Virus record (IMG/VR): IMGVR_UViG_3300024054_000008
Location: 96,001-160,000 of that record
Source of the DNA: a virus
Length of the DNA stretch: 64,000 bases
Strand: one strand, 5' to 3'
Shown: piece after piece, positions 1 through 9,028 of the stretch
How positions within the stretch are numbered: the first letter of the stretch is position 1
How the letters are laid out: each line of letters starts with the position of its first letter
Made by a program: the position numbers and the translations under genes
Notes under the pieces: model-generated
Told to the model about the DNA's origin: nothing
The model's input: the letters and a program-made list of their open reading frames with translations, nothing else
Database searches by the model: none

Positions 1-9
1 GAACCATTT

Positions 10-1332
10 TTGTGTAAATGTGGAAAAACAAAACTTTTAAGACCTTATGCAGTGTTTCACTTACACCAGAAAATTTGCGGATCATGTTCAATTAAAGACA
101 AACAATGGTGGGGCACAACAAAGTTCGGAAAAGTTAAAGCATTATATCCAGAAAAAATTGCGAACAAGAAACCAAAAAGCAACGACATGGGTTGGTTTAT
201 TTGTGATTGTGGACAAAAATTTACGAGAAAAATTTGCATTGTGACAAATGGCAGAAACCAATCTTGCGGAAAATGTAGAAAAGTCTCTGGAAGTTGGTTC
301 TTCTTAAATAAAGAAAATTTAGAAAAATTAAAATTTCCATTAAAGAAAGAAAATTTTCCGAAAGGTGGCCCGATACCATTATCAGATATAAAATCTAAGA
401 GCAAAAAAACATTGTTTGAATGTTGGTTATGCAAAAGACGTTATGAATGCGTTGTAACGGACATAATACGAGGAGTTTCATTATCATGCGGATGTTCTTC
501 AGGATCAATATCAAAAATGAATTTTGAGGTAAATTCATTTTTAAATTCGATCGGAGTCAATTCAGAACTCGAATATGATTTAAACAAATTAAAATATGAC
601 ATTGCAATTCCAACAAAAAAATTGCTCATAGAAATGCACGGACTAAAATGGCATTCGGAACAAGAATCAAAATCAAGAGATGCGTTAAAATTCAATAATG
701 CAATAAAAAATAATAACGAATTAATCGTAATATATGAAGACGAATGGGCAAACAAAAATTTGATATTTAAAAATATAATATCTAATCGTCTTGGAATAAA
801 AAACATTAAAACAGCAAGAGCAAACAAATGCTCAATATTACAAATTGACAACAAAACAATCAATGCATTTTATGAAAAATTTCATTATATAGGTCCAACC
901 AACTCAAAATATAATTACGGTGCTTTCTTAGATAATGAGTTGGTGGCAGCAATGTCATTTAGGAAACCAACAAGACCAACAAATGCAGAATTTGAACTAT
1001 CACGGATGGCCGGCGATTTTGATATAAAAATTCATGGTATATGGAGTAAATTATTAAGAAAATTCATACAAGACCAAAATCCGAATTCAATAGTAACATA
1101 TTCGGACAATCGATTGTTTTCTGGCAAAACTTACCAAAAAATTGGGTTTAAATTAGACGGACACATAAAACCAGATTATTATTGGGTGTTAAATATGAAA
1201 AGATTCAATAAGTCAGCTCTAAGAAAACCAAAAAACACAACAATTACAGAAACTCAATTAAGAACCTCACAAGGATATAGAAAAATTTGGGATTACGGTA
1301 AAACCAGATGGTTGTGGAAAAAGGAGCTATAA
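10..1332 (+). CDS. Hef-like free-standing homing endonuclease (Cys-rich repeats, Vsr-like nuclease and acetyltransferase-like C-terminal region); may be truncated at the window edge
   Basis: CxxC repeats; YDIAIPTKKLLIEMHGLKWH and IVIYEDEW nuclease motifs; ELSRMA...GIWSKL and YSDNRLFSGKTYQKIGF C-terminal motifs typical of phage Hef-like proteins. Confidence 0.7.
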   Translation: MCKCGKTKLLRPYAVFHLHQKICGSCSIKDKQWWGTTKFGKVKALYPEKIANKKPKSNDMGWFICDCGQKFTRKICIVTNGRNQSCGKCRKVSGSWFFLNKENLEKLKFPLKKENFPKGGPIPLSDIKSKSKKTLFECWLCKRRYECVVTDIIRGVSLSCGCSSGSISKMNFEVNSFLNSIGVNSELEYDLNKLKYDIAIPTKKLLIEMHGLKWHSEQESKSRDALKFNNAIKNNNELIVIYEDEWANKNLIFKNIISNRLGIKNIKTARANKCSILQIDNKTINAFYEKFHYIGPTNSKYNYGAFLDNELVAAMSFRKPTRPTNAEFELSRMAGDFDIKIHGIWSKLLRKFIQDQNPNSIVTYSDNRLFSGKTYQKIGFKLDGHIKPDYYWVLNMKRFNKSALRKPKNTTITETQLRTSQGYRKIWDYGKTRWLWKKEL

Positions 1333-1334
1333 GT

Positions 1335-2687
1335 ATGAACAAAATAGAAGTATTTTGTTTGATGGATGAACACGGTAAGTTCCTTGAACCAGCGATACAA
1401 GCAACAACTCTTGCTAAATATTCAAGATCATCAGAATCTGCAAAAGAAATAGTCAAATCAATATCATTGGAATCGGCTGAAAAATTTCAAGAAAAATGGG
1501 TTGTTGAATATGGTCACAACTCTGTTGCAGAATTGGCGTGCATACCAGTTTGCTTTGAAAATGTATCAATAATAGCATCTAAATTCATAGAATCTTGGCA
1601 AAGACCAGGCTTTTCAGAAAAGAGCACAAGGTATCAAAAATTTAGTATAGACAATTTTGTTACTCCGCCGGGTTGTTCAGACACAATGAAAAGATTCGTT
1701 AAAAAATTTTACGATACATATGAATCTTTACATTCAAAAATGCTAAAACGATGTGCAAAACTAATGGGTTATAATTCAAATGATGAAAAAATTCTGTTAA
1801 AGAATTCTGTTAAAGCAAGAACTTTCGATAATCTAAGATATTTGCTTCCAGCCGGCACTGGAACAAATCTAGCAGCTGTAATCAACATGAGAGATGCAAG
1901 AAATTTGATAACAAGTATGAAAGGACACCAAAATTCTGAATTTAGAGAAATAGGTGATAAAACACAACACGCAATAGAAAAAATATGCCCGGTTCTATTA
2001 CGACACACAGAACCAGACAATTACTCATTAGACACAAAACATCTTGGTGATATAAGTACAAAATTCAAAATAACAAATCCAAATTGGTATGTTGATTTTT
2101 ATGAATCATTTTGTTCGAAAAATGAAAACAGTGAAGAAACACAGAAAAGATTTATGAAGTCAATAAAAGATGTATATGGCATGGATTTTGATACATTTTC
2201 AAAATTCATGGAAGCAAGACCTGAACATAAAGAGATACCAGACTTATTTAAAACGATAAGAATAGCATTCGACATAATGACAGATTATGGATCATTCAGA
2301 GATTTACAAAGACACAGGCGATGTGAACAATTCATAGAACCATTAACTATAAATTATGGTTACATAATACCAGATGACATGTCTGGAACAGATATTGAAG
2401 AATCATATGTACAAGCTATGGAATCGATTAATTCGTATGGCGATGACAAAATTTTACATAGTCAATATTATCAATATATGATACCACTTGGTTATTTACA
2501 TAGGTCAGTCTTTGTTATGGATTTAAAAGAACTATATTACATAGTTGAATTAAGAACAAAACCGCACGGGCATCAATCTTATCGAAAAGTAGCATACGAG
2601 ATGTATGAACTAGCAAAAAACAAATATCCATTATTAATGCAGTGGTGCAGAGCGACACACCCAAGCATAGTTGGTGAACACCTTTGA
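1335..2687 (+). CDS. thyX: FAD-dependent thymidylate synthase with two tandem Thy1 domains
   Basis: EYGHNSVAE, SEKSTRYQ and DYGSFRDLQRHR motifs; AAGGAG Shine-Dalgarno (SD) before ATG 1335. Confidence 0.9.
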   Translation: MNKIEVFCLMDEHGKFLEPAIQATTLAKYSRSSESAKEIVKSISLESAEKFQEKWVVEYGHNSVAELACIPVCFENVSIIASKFIESWQRPGFSEKSTRYQKFSIDNFVTPPGCSDTMKRFVKKFYDTYESLHSKMLKRCAKLMGYNSNDEKILLKNSVKARTFDNLRYLLPAGTGTNLAAVINMRDARNLITSMKGHQNSEFREIGDKTQHAIEKICPVLLRHTEPDNYSLDTKHLGDISTKFKITNPNWYVDFYESFCSKNENSEETQKRFMKSIKDVYGMDFDTFSKFMEARPEHKEIPDLFKTIRIAFDIMTDYGSFRDLQRHRRCEQFIEPLTINYGYIIPDDMSGTDIEESYVQAMESINSYGDDKILHSQYYQYMIPLGYLHRSVFVMDLKELYYIVELRTKPHGHQSYRKVAYEMYELAKNKYPLLMQWCRATHPSIVGEHL

Positions 2688-2702
2688 ATGTAATTTCAAT
2701 TT

Positions 2703-3056
2703 ATGGATCTAAGTCAACTAATTTGGCCAGTCAGAAAAGCACTTTTAGACAGAAGAGAGGTTCTTCAAAAAGAGCTAGATCAAATTAACATGCTATTAGA
2801 AACGGCTGGCATTGTTTCCAACGGTGAAATCAAAACTAGTAAAAGAATTAAACACAAAATATCAATAGTAGAAGCAGTTCTAAAATATATTAAGAGTAAC
2901 CAAGGGTGCTCAATGAGCCAGATAATAGAAGGCATTGAAAAAATTAGGCCGGGAACTCCTCGTGGTAGTGTAGCACCACAAGTGGCAAAACTTAAAAAAG
3001 ATAAATTGATAACATCAAAGGGTAAAATTAAAAACTTCAAATACTTTGCTAAATAA
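2703..3056 (+). CDS. winged-helix DNA-binding protein
   Basis: C-terminal HTH-like segment (IVEAVLKYIKSNQGCSMSQII...SVAPQVAKLKKDKLI). Confidence 0.5.
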   Translation: MDLSQLIWPVRKALLDRREVLQKELDQINMLLETAGIVSNGEIKTSKRIKHKISIVEAVLKYIKSNQGCSMSQIIEGIEKIRPGTPRGSVAPQVAKLKKDKLITSKGKIKNFKYFAK

Positions 3057-3260
3057 TTGACAAAGTAACGTTTTGAATGTAAGATGGTGTTGAAAATGAC
3101 TTTCCAATAGGTTCAAAGAATAATTAATTACGTGAGTTGCTGCCAGACCAAGGCAAAGAACAACTCACAGTTTCTCTATTTAAAGAAACTCAGCGTAGAT
3201 TATGCAATGCTGAGTATATCAAGATTAATAAATATTATAAGCAAAAAGAAGGATAAAAAG

Positions 3261-4478
3261 ATGCAAAAAAGCGAATTTGTATTCAACGATATGACGCCTG
3301 AGTTGCAGGCGTACATTGACCATGAAGAAAACTATTTGAAATCATATACCAAAAGCGGCAAAGATAAAGATTTCTACAAGAAGTACAAAGAAAAATCGGA
3401 AGAGTTATTAAAGTCAGTTCAAGATGGATTGTTGGTCGAATACAAACAAGCGCGGAAAGCTTGGATGTGTAGAGACGAAATAAAGACGAACGAAAAATGC
3501 TATGAAAGTCCGTCTAAGAAATACAAACTTGTAATAACTTGGCATAAAACAGGAGAAAATTCGTGGAACTACACAAAGGGAAAAATTTATAAGAACGACG
3601 AGTTAATAACAGAGATATTACGAAATTATAGTTCTTTCCCGTTTTTGTTCATAGAGGGACATCAAAAAGGCGATTTTCTTGTATGCGGTGAAGATTATCA
3701 GGGGCAAACAATAGTTGAGTTGTCAACCGGAAAATATAGAAGCAATTCATCGAATGGAGCCGATGAAGGTTACGGATTCTGTTGGGCTGAGTATAAATTT
3801 GACGAAAAAAGCAACATTCTGACGGTATGCGGATGCCACTGGGCATGCCCATACGAATTTCGGTTTTTCGATTTTTCTGACCCAATGTCAGGTTGGCCAG
3901 AAATTGAATTAGATGAAACGGTTAACGAGGCAATCTATGAAGATAATGAATGGCCATTAATAGATGGCGAAACAATTAAAACATTTAACACAAATGAAGA
4001 AAATGATGAAAATGATGAACAAACAAAACAATCAATAAAAACGTTTAAACGAGAAAACAACAAATTAATATTAATTGACGAATGGATGTCAGATTCTGAA
4101 AAAGAACGACGTAAACATTTAGAAAAAACTAACCACGAATTTGAATTTTGGAAAAATGAGTTTAGATCATCAGATCCATTGTATTTAGTATATAAATCAA
4201 AACTAAAAGAAAAATGGTTGAATCCATCAGGTCATGAATCAATTGGCATAACTTATGATGGTTGGTGTCAAAATTTCAAGAAACAAGAACGTAGATGGTG
4301 TAGACGTATACACGAAGATGAACACAATACGTTTGATTTAGAATGGGCGGTTGAATCTGGTCCAGTAAAACTCGTTGTGTATAAAGATGGAAAACACATA
4401 GAAGACAAATTTTTCGATCATACACCAGACGGAATTAATAAAGCATTTGATTCAGCACAGTTAATAATTAGAGGGTAA
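3261..4478 (+). CDS. hypothetical protein
   Basis: long ORF; AAGGA SD before ATG 3261. Confidence 0.6.
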   Translation: MQKSEFVFNDMTPELQAYIDHEENYLKSYTKSGKDKDFYKKYKEKSEELLKSVQDGLLVEYKQARKAWMCRDEIKTNEKCYESPSKKYKLVITWHKTGENSWNYTKGKIYKNDELITEILRNYSSFPFLFIEGHQKGDFLVCGEDYQGQTIVELSTGKYRSNSSNGADEGYGFCWAEYKFDEKSNILTVCGCHWACPYEFRFFDFSDPMSGWPEIELDETVNEAIYEDNEWPLIDGETIKTFNTNEENDENDEQTKQSIKTFKRENNKLILIDEWMSDSEKERRKHLEKTNHEFEFWKNEFRSSDPLYLVYKSKLKEKWLNPSGHESIGITYDGWCQNFKKQERRWCRRIHEDEHNTFDLEWAVESGPVKLVVYKDGKHIEDKFFDHTPDGINKAFDSAQLIIRG

Positions 4479-4479
4479 C

Positions 4480-4950
4480 ATGTCAATTTCTGAAGAAATA
4501 ACAAAGACAGAAAAAGAAGCCGCTGCTAAATTAGAGGAGATCGAACATCTTAAAAAATTAGAAAAAAATTTTCCAGACATAAAAAAACACATTGGTCGCT
4601 GGAACAAAGTAGCTTATTATTCTAAAACCATAAACGAAAAAGCTGACAGATTCGATAAGAGGTACAACTGCGGCTGCTGCAATGACTCACCGCTAGAAAT
4701 CTGGCCGTACTTAGAAACAGAGTTTGGAAAAATTTACACAGACCCACCAGTTTTTCGAGTAGGAGAAAAACATTGGATAAGTGGAAGTGTACCTTATAAG
4801 AATTGGGAAAAAAATTTGATAGAAGCCGGTATACAAGAATCAGTTATAGGTGCGATACAAATGCATTTTGAATATTCAAATAAAGAAAGATTAAAAATGG
4901 CAGAGGATGCAAACGAAACACAGAGAGGATCAAACGACGATGACTACTAA
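4480..4950 (+). CDS. hypothetical protein
   Basis: 156 aa ORF tightly packed in the operon, with CGCC motif. Confidence 0.55.
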   Translation: MSISEEITKTEKEAAAKLEEIEHLKKLEKNFPDIKKHIGRWNKVAYYSKTINEKADRFDKRYNCGCCNDSPLEIWPYLETEFGKIYTDPPVFRVGEKHWISGSVPYKNWEKNLIEAGIQESVIGAIQMHFEYSNKERLKMAEDANETQRGSNDDDY

Positions 4951-5716
4951 TGGACAAAACAGAACCTTAAAACTCCATCAAATATTGGCCGTTGACAACA
5001 GCACAAGAACACAAATACAAAAAGATCTGACAGAACTGTATCATTTGTTGCAAAAAACACAACTTTTGTCAGGTCTTTCTAGAACGTATGAACCAACAAA
5101 AGAAAATGGTGAACAATTAACACCAGAAGAGACATTGCTACAAGTCAGAACCCCAGACATAATAAGAAAGACTTCTGACATACTAGTGAATTTGTATGAC
5201 ACAGTCTCAACACGTGATTTCGCAAATTGCGATGCAAAAGCTGATGTTATATTGGAAGACGGATCTATCTTGATAAAAGATGCTCCTGCAACCTTTCTTC
5301 TTTGGCTTGAAAAGAAATTGGATGACGTACACACGTTAGTTTCAAATTTACCAGTTCTTCCAGCCGACACAGAATGGGTCTTTGACGAAGCTCAAAATTG
5401 TTACAAAAATAAAAATGCTGTTAAAACTGCAAAAACCGAGAAAGTCTTTTATCCATTAGTTTTATTTGAAGGAAATGACAAACACCCACCACAAGTCTCA
5501 GAAAAATCAAGAGAAGAAGTGATCGGATATTGGACAACAATAAAATATTCTGGATCTTTAGAGGCAAAAGAAGTAGCAAAAATAAAAAATAGAGTTGAAA
5601 AACTACAAAAGGCGGTAAAATTTGCAAGAGAAAAAGCAAATTCAGTTGATGCACCAAAAATAGAGGTGGGCAAGAAAATCATGGATTACATTTTCAGGGA
5701 ATACCTGCAAGTGTAA
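4940..5716 (+). CDS. conserved uncharacterised helical protein (LHQILAV...DFANCDAKAD...FLLWLEKKL...VEKLQKAVKFAREKAN family, recalled from Actinobacteria and phages)
   Basis: GAGAGGA SD before ATG 4940; sequence recognised from memory as a widespread hypothetical family (possibly DUF7873, unverified). Confidence 0.65.
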   Translation: MTTNGQNRTLKLHQILAVDNSTRTQIQKDLTELYHLLQKTQLLSGLSRTYEPTKENGEQLTPEETLLQVRTPDIIRKTSDILVNLYDTVSTRDFANCDAKADVILEDGSILIKDAPATFLLWLEKKLDDVHTLVSNLPVLPADTEWVFDEAQNCYKNKNAVKTAKTEKVFYPLVLFEGNDKHPPQVSEKSREEVIGYWTTIKYSGSLEAKEVAKIKNRVEKLQKAVKFAREKANSVDAPKIEVGKKIMDYIFREYLQV

Positions 5717-5717
5717 T

Positions 5718-5909
5718 CTGAAGACTAGGGTATAAGATAAGAATCAGAATAAAGATCAGAGAAGCATCTTGATGTGGGAGAGATCCCTGTGCATGTTCGA
5801 ATCGTGCCCTCCACGCCAAACAAAAACATTCTGTGGAGGTAGCCCAACTGGCAAGAGGCACATCAAGGTGTGGAAAAGATAAAGCTGATACCCTAAGATA
5901 AGAAAACAG
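5718..5909 (+). ncRNA. circularly permuted tRNA-like RNA 1 (YrlA/Y-RNA-like architecture)
   Basis: order is 3' half then 5' half: variable hairpin GGGA-GAGA-TCCC, T arm GCATG-TTCGAAT-CGTGC 5791-5807, CCTCCAC-G-CCA 5808-5818, 14-nt linker, GTGGAGG 5833-5839, D arm; CATCTTGATGTG 5765-5776 pairs with CACATCAAGGTG 5859-5870; no anticodon loop. Confidence 0.75.
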
Positions 5910-5929
5910 CACACGTGCCTAATCGACCA

Positions 5930-6155
5930 GGAGAGAAACAAATTGACGTATGCTGGTTCAAGTCCAGCGGCCCTGGCAATGGATATAACCAAAGTGCATT
6001 TTGCGCAACCAGCTGCATGCCCAACAGACCAGCAGTGGGCACAGGACAGATAGTCCGAGTCCCGTGTGGTTTCTGGTTGCGTAAATCACGGTTATGCCCG
6101 TTGCCAGGGCCTCGTCTAAAGGCAGGACGCGTCTCTCTCAGAGATAAAGCTCTCC
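5930..6155 (+). ncRNA. circularly permuted tRNA-like RNA 2 with a large structured insert extending the acceptor stem
   Basis: T arm GCTGG-TTCAAGT-CCAGC 5952-5968; 22-bp stem 5969-5990/6090-6111; D arm GTCTAAAGGCAGGAC; GACG 5945-5948 pairs with CGTC 6130-6133; inner 13-bp stem 6000-6012/6073-6085. Confidence 0.7.
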
Positions 6156-6203
6156 AAACCGTTGTAGATGCGTTAAAAAGTGTAGAGATAACATCTCTGA
6201 ACT

Positions 6204-6243
6204 GGGGCCGAGGTGAGGCTTTTATCCTCGGCCCTGGTTTTGT
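6204..6243 (+). terminator. intrinsic terminator-like hairpin
   Basis: GGGCCGAGG/CCTCGGCCC stem followed by TGGTTTTGTATTT. Confidence 0.6.
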
Positions 6244-6252
6244 ATTTAACAT

Positions 6253-6326
6253 CCAGGGTTAGCTCAGTCGGCAGAGCTGGGGATTCTAGATCCCTGAAAG
6301 CGCGGGTTCGAACCCCGCACCCTGGG
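6253..6326 (+). tRNA. tRNA with CUA anticodon (amber suppressor type); amino acid identity unknown; CCA not encoded
   Basis: acceptor CCAGGGT/ACCCTGG, D arm GCTC/GAGC, anticodon arm GGGGA-TTCTAGA-TCCCT, T arm GCGGG-TTCGAAC-CCCGC, G73. Confidence 0.85.
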
Positions 6327-6366
6327 CTATTTTGAAAATACATTTTATTTTATTGTAATATAATTT

Positions 6367-6633
6367 ATGAGATCGATCGACAGATCGCCAAATGGCGCTG
6401 AGATTGTAAACAAAGCCAGAAGCAGCCTGTGTGTTTTTGTTCCGGAACAAAAAGTAGAAGCCTGCGGGAAGCAGGCTACTCACTTTTACATTTTCGACAA
6501 GAAATGGCCTTTATGTTATTGCAATGAACATGATAAAGATAAAATTACCGACGAAGAAAATTACATAGCGCCCAATAGAATGGAACCTTGTTCAAAAGAA
6601 GACTTCGACGCTGCAATTTTTCTGAATTACTAA
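6367..6633 (+). CDS. hypothetical Cys-containing protein, probably leaderless
   Basis: TG-TAATAT 5 nt upstream of ATG; no SD. Confidence 0.5.
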   Translation: MRSIDRSPNGAEIVNKARSSLCVFVPEQKVEACGKQATHFYIFDKKWPLCYCNEHDKDKITDEENYIAPNRMEPCSKEDFDAAIFLNY

Positions 6634-6634
6634 A

Positions 6635-6856
6635 ATGAGAAAATACGGACCAAAACACGAAATTATAGGGGAAGCTTTAATTAGACTAGGTGATGGATTT
6701 AGTTATATACATGAGATTTTATCTTGCGGCCATTACGTTCTAACCAAAACGGATGGTGAAGGTCTTTATGCTGTAAAATCGAGGTGTTGTAAGCAATGTA
6801 GAGACAGAAAACCTGTAATCTCACCAGGAAAAATAATAAATGTCACAAGATTTTGA
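6635..6856 (+). CDS. hypothetical protein
   Basis: operon-packed ORF with CGH...CCxxC. Confidence 0.5.
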   Translation: MRKYGPKHEIIGEALIRLGDGFSYIHEILSCGHYVLTKTDGEGLYAVKSRCCKQCRDRKPVISPGKIINVTRF

Positions 6857-7082
6857 ACAAATGGGCACGTGGACAAGATTCATAATCGGATTTACAGATT
6901 TGCACGTATGCCCAAATTCTGGAAAAATATTAACAAGCCCAAAGTCAGATGACAAAGTTTTGTGCAGTTGTGGCATAGTAAATCCAAGGAACAGCACAGA
7001 ACCAAGAAATTTGCACACAAAATTGTTCTTGGAAACTGCAACAGTAGATGAATTTCTAACACAGGAGTTAATCAATGACTAA
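6840..7082 (+). CDS. hypothetical zinc-binding protein
   Basis: CPNSG...DDKVLCSCG motif; overlapping operon. Confidence 0.5.
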   Translation: MSQDFEQMGTWTRFIIGFTDLHVCPNSGKILTSPKSDDKVLCSCGIVNPRNSTEPRNLHTKLFLETATVDEFLTQELIND

Positions 7083-7437
7083 AATCAAATTTGCTGGGGT
7101 AGCTGCAGTTGACTCTGGTCAGTTAATGGTGATTGATCCGTGTTATTGTAAATATTGGGAAGACAAAAGAGCAAAAAGATTGGATGAAAAATTTGGTATA
7201 GAAAGAGAGAAACACCCAGATTTAGAATATGGAATAGCCTGCAAGAAAAATCAATTAAAATTTTCAAACGGAAATCTGGCTGCAGTTGTCGTCAAAACAT
7301 CTGGTGATGGGTTCTATCCAGTATTAGTCGAGTATGACGATGACAGCGGCGAACCAACAGCTATCAAAATAGCATTAAATATAAGTATCGAAGAAGCAAA
7401 AAACATTGAAAAAACTAATGAACTGATTGGCTCCTAA
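7075..7437 (+). CDS. hypothetical protein, DUF4241-like
   Basis: VDSGQLMVIDPCY and SGDGFYPV motifs. Confidence 0.45.
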   Translation: MTKIKFAGVAAVDSGQLMVIDPCYCKYWEDKRAKRLDEKFGIEREKHPDLEYGIACKKNQLKFSNGNLAAVVVKTSGDGFYPVLVEYDDDSGEPTAIKIALNISIEEAKNIEKTNELIGS

Positions 7438-7787
7438 ACTTTCGGATCAAACGATTTTGGGTATAACATGTCATATTGCCACGGAACATTTTCTCTAGCA
7501 TGTATTATGGGTGGGGAGAATATTTTTGTCAATTTGAAATTGATTATGTTTGAACAATCGTCAAATTCAGGAATTTCTGCAATTGTCAAACATGGACCAT
7601 TTTTTTCAGACAATTTTTTGCTTTCATCAGATAGAATTGATTGATCTACAGGATCCCTACCATAACCACCAATAAGTCTGCATTTTGCCAATTTATTATT
7701 TACGATTAGTGGGCTCGATCCAGATTTGGGACAGTATTCACTAACTTGACATTTAGAACATATAATTTCAAGTACTTGTGACGGCAT
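7434..7787 (-). CDS. hypothetical protein
   Basis: ORF with CSKC...CPKSG. Confidence 0.5.
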   Translation of the reverse strand: MPSQVLEIICSKCQVSEYCPKSGSSPLIVNNKLAKCRLIGGYGRDPVDQSILSDESKKLSEKNGPCLTIAEIPEFDDCSNIINFKLTKIFSPPIIHARENVPWQYDMLYPKSFDPKV

Positions 7788-7799
7788 TGATAACAATAC

Positions 7800-8207
7800 T
7801 CAACCTTCAATTATGTTTTGAATTGATTTTGCAGATTGATCTGCTAAAATTGGATAATGTTTAGGGTCATTACCCAACACAAAATAAAATTTGAACTTTA
7901 TATTGCCCATCTGTTCAATACCGACAGTATCTATATTACATAATGAGTAAAGATCATCACGTGTTATATTCGATATACGGCCAAAACAAACAAGCTCATA
8001 CGCCATTCTACTTAAACGGAACAATTCCAAAAAATAAATATTTGGTTTATCGAACATTTCTCTACGAGCAACCTTTTGAATATGTGAATATATCTTGTTT
8101 ACAAAATATTCTTTATCCAATTTGTGTGGAATAATAGTTAATAATCCATCTCTAACAAAAAATTCCCATGTCTTATTGTAGTGAGTCGAAGTATAATCAT
8201 GATTCAT
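7800..8207 (-). CDS. hypothetical protein with the shared C-terminal motif (IQNIIEG)
   Basis: leaderless promoter pattern fixes the start at 8207. Confidence 0.55.
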   Translation of the reverse strand: MNHDYTSTHYNKTWEFFVRDGLLTIIPHKLDKEYFVNKIYSHIQKVARREMFDKPNIYFLELFRLSRMAYELVCFGRISNITRDDLYSLCNIDTVGIEQMGNIKFKFYFVLGNDPKHYPILADQSAKSIQNIIEG

Positions 8208-8246
8208 AAACAATATTACATAAAAATTAATGTTATTTACATAAAA

Positions 8247-8999
8247 TTATCCTAGTTTATCATAATTAGGAGCAACCGTTTTTGTTTCTTCAATTTTCAG
8301 CTTAGCTTCTTTAAGTATATCATTTATATCTTTTCTCCTCATAAATTTAATTATATCTTTTACTGGGTCATCAGTTCTTTGAGATACGCTTATATCACCA
8401 CCAATAACTTCTAAGTTATAATCCCAAATAAGCGTATCAATTAATATCTCAGCTTCAAACTGGTCACCTATATCAACATTAATTTGGAGTGGGTTAACCT
8501 CAAACACGTCCCACCCTTTATCCTTCATACGTTTCTTCAGACCTTCAATGGTTGTTTTTTCGAATTCGTTCTGACGTTTAGCTACTCTATTTGCACAAAC
8601 ATCAAGAAACGCAAAAAGAGTCAAAGAAACGGCGAGACGACGAAGTATTTTTACTGAATTATTGTCTATCAAACCAGAAGCTATTTGTCTCAATATTTTC
8701 GAAACCGTCTTTGGTTTCAAAGACGTCATTTTAGTAAGAAATTCTTCACCAACTCCAGTCCCAATAAACTCAACAAGAGTCCGGAGCGGATCATGGGTTA
8801 TTTCTTCTATTGAATCAGATGCGTCATCTTTAGCATTAACTTTAACTTCGTATAATACTTCATCTGGGATAATGGTTAACTTAATTACACCACGGTATGT
8901 AGCAACAATCTTACCTGTTTCTTTGTCATCTTCAAGAATTTTGAAATTCTTGTCATTCAAAAAATCGAAAACAAACTTTGGTGGTGTTAAATTTGGCAT
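8247..8999 (-). CDS. hypothetical protein with internal ILRQIAS module
   Basis: 250 aa ORF. Confidence 0.55.
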   Translation of the reverse strand: MPNLTPPKFVFDFLNDKNFKILEDDKETGKIVATYRGVIKLTIIPDEVLYEVKVNAKDDASDSIEEITHDPLRTLVEFIGTGVGEEFLTKMTSLKPKTVSKILRQIASGLIDNNSVKILRRLAVSLTLFAFLDVCANRVAKRQNEFEKTTIEGLKKRMKDKGWDVFEVNPLQINVDIGDQFEAEILIDTLIWDYNLEVIGGDISVSQRTDDPVKDIIKFMRRKDINDILKEAKLKIEETKTVAPNYDKLG

Positions 9000-9028
9000 A
9001 TTAACATTTTATATTTTGTAACAAAAAT

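Noticed and set aside
1335-2687. Double-length ThyX as a novelty
   Set aside because: Tandem Thy1-domain ThyX proteins are already known in bacteria and phages.
5765-6135. Permuted tRNA genes that would mature into decoding tRNAs (red-alga type)
   Set aside because: Neither module has an anticodon loop or a bulge-helix-bulge junction that I can identify; a tRNA-mimic reading fits better.
6327-6366. Theta (HDV-like) ribozyme after the suppressor tRNA
   Set aside because: The trailer is almost pure A/T and contains the next gene's promoter; it cannot form the nested pseudoknot.
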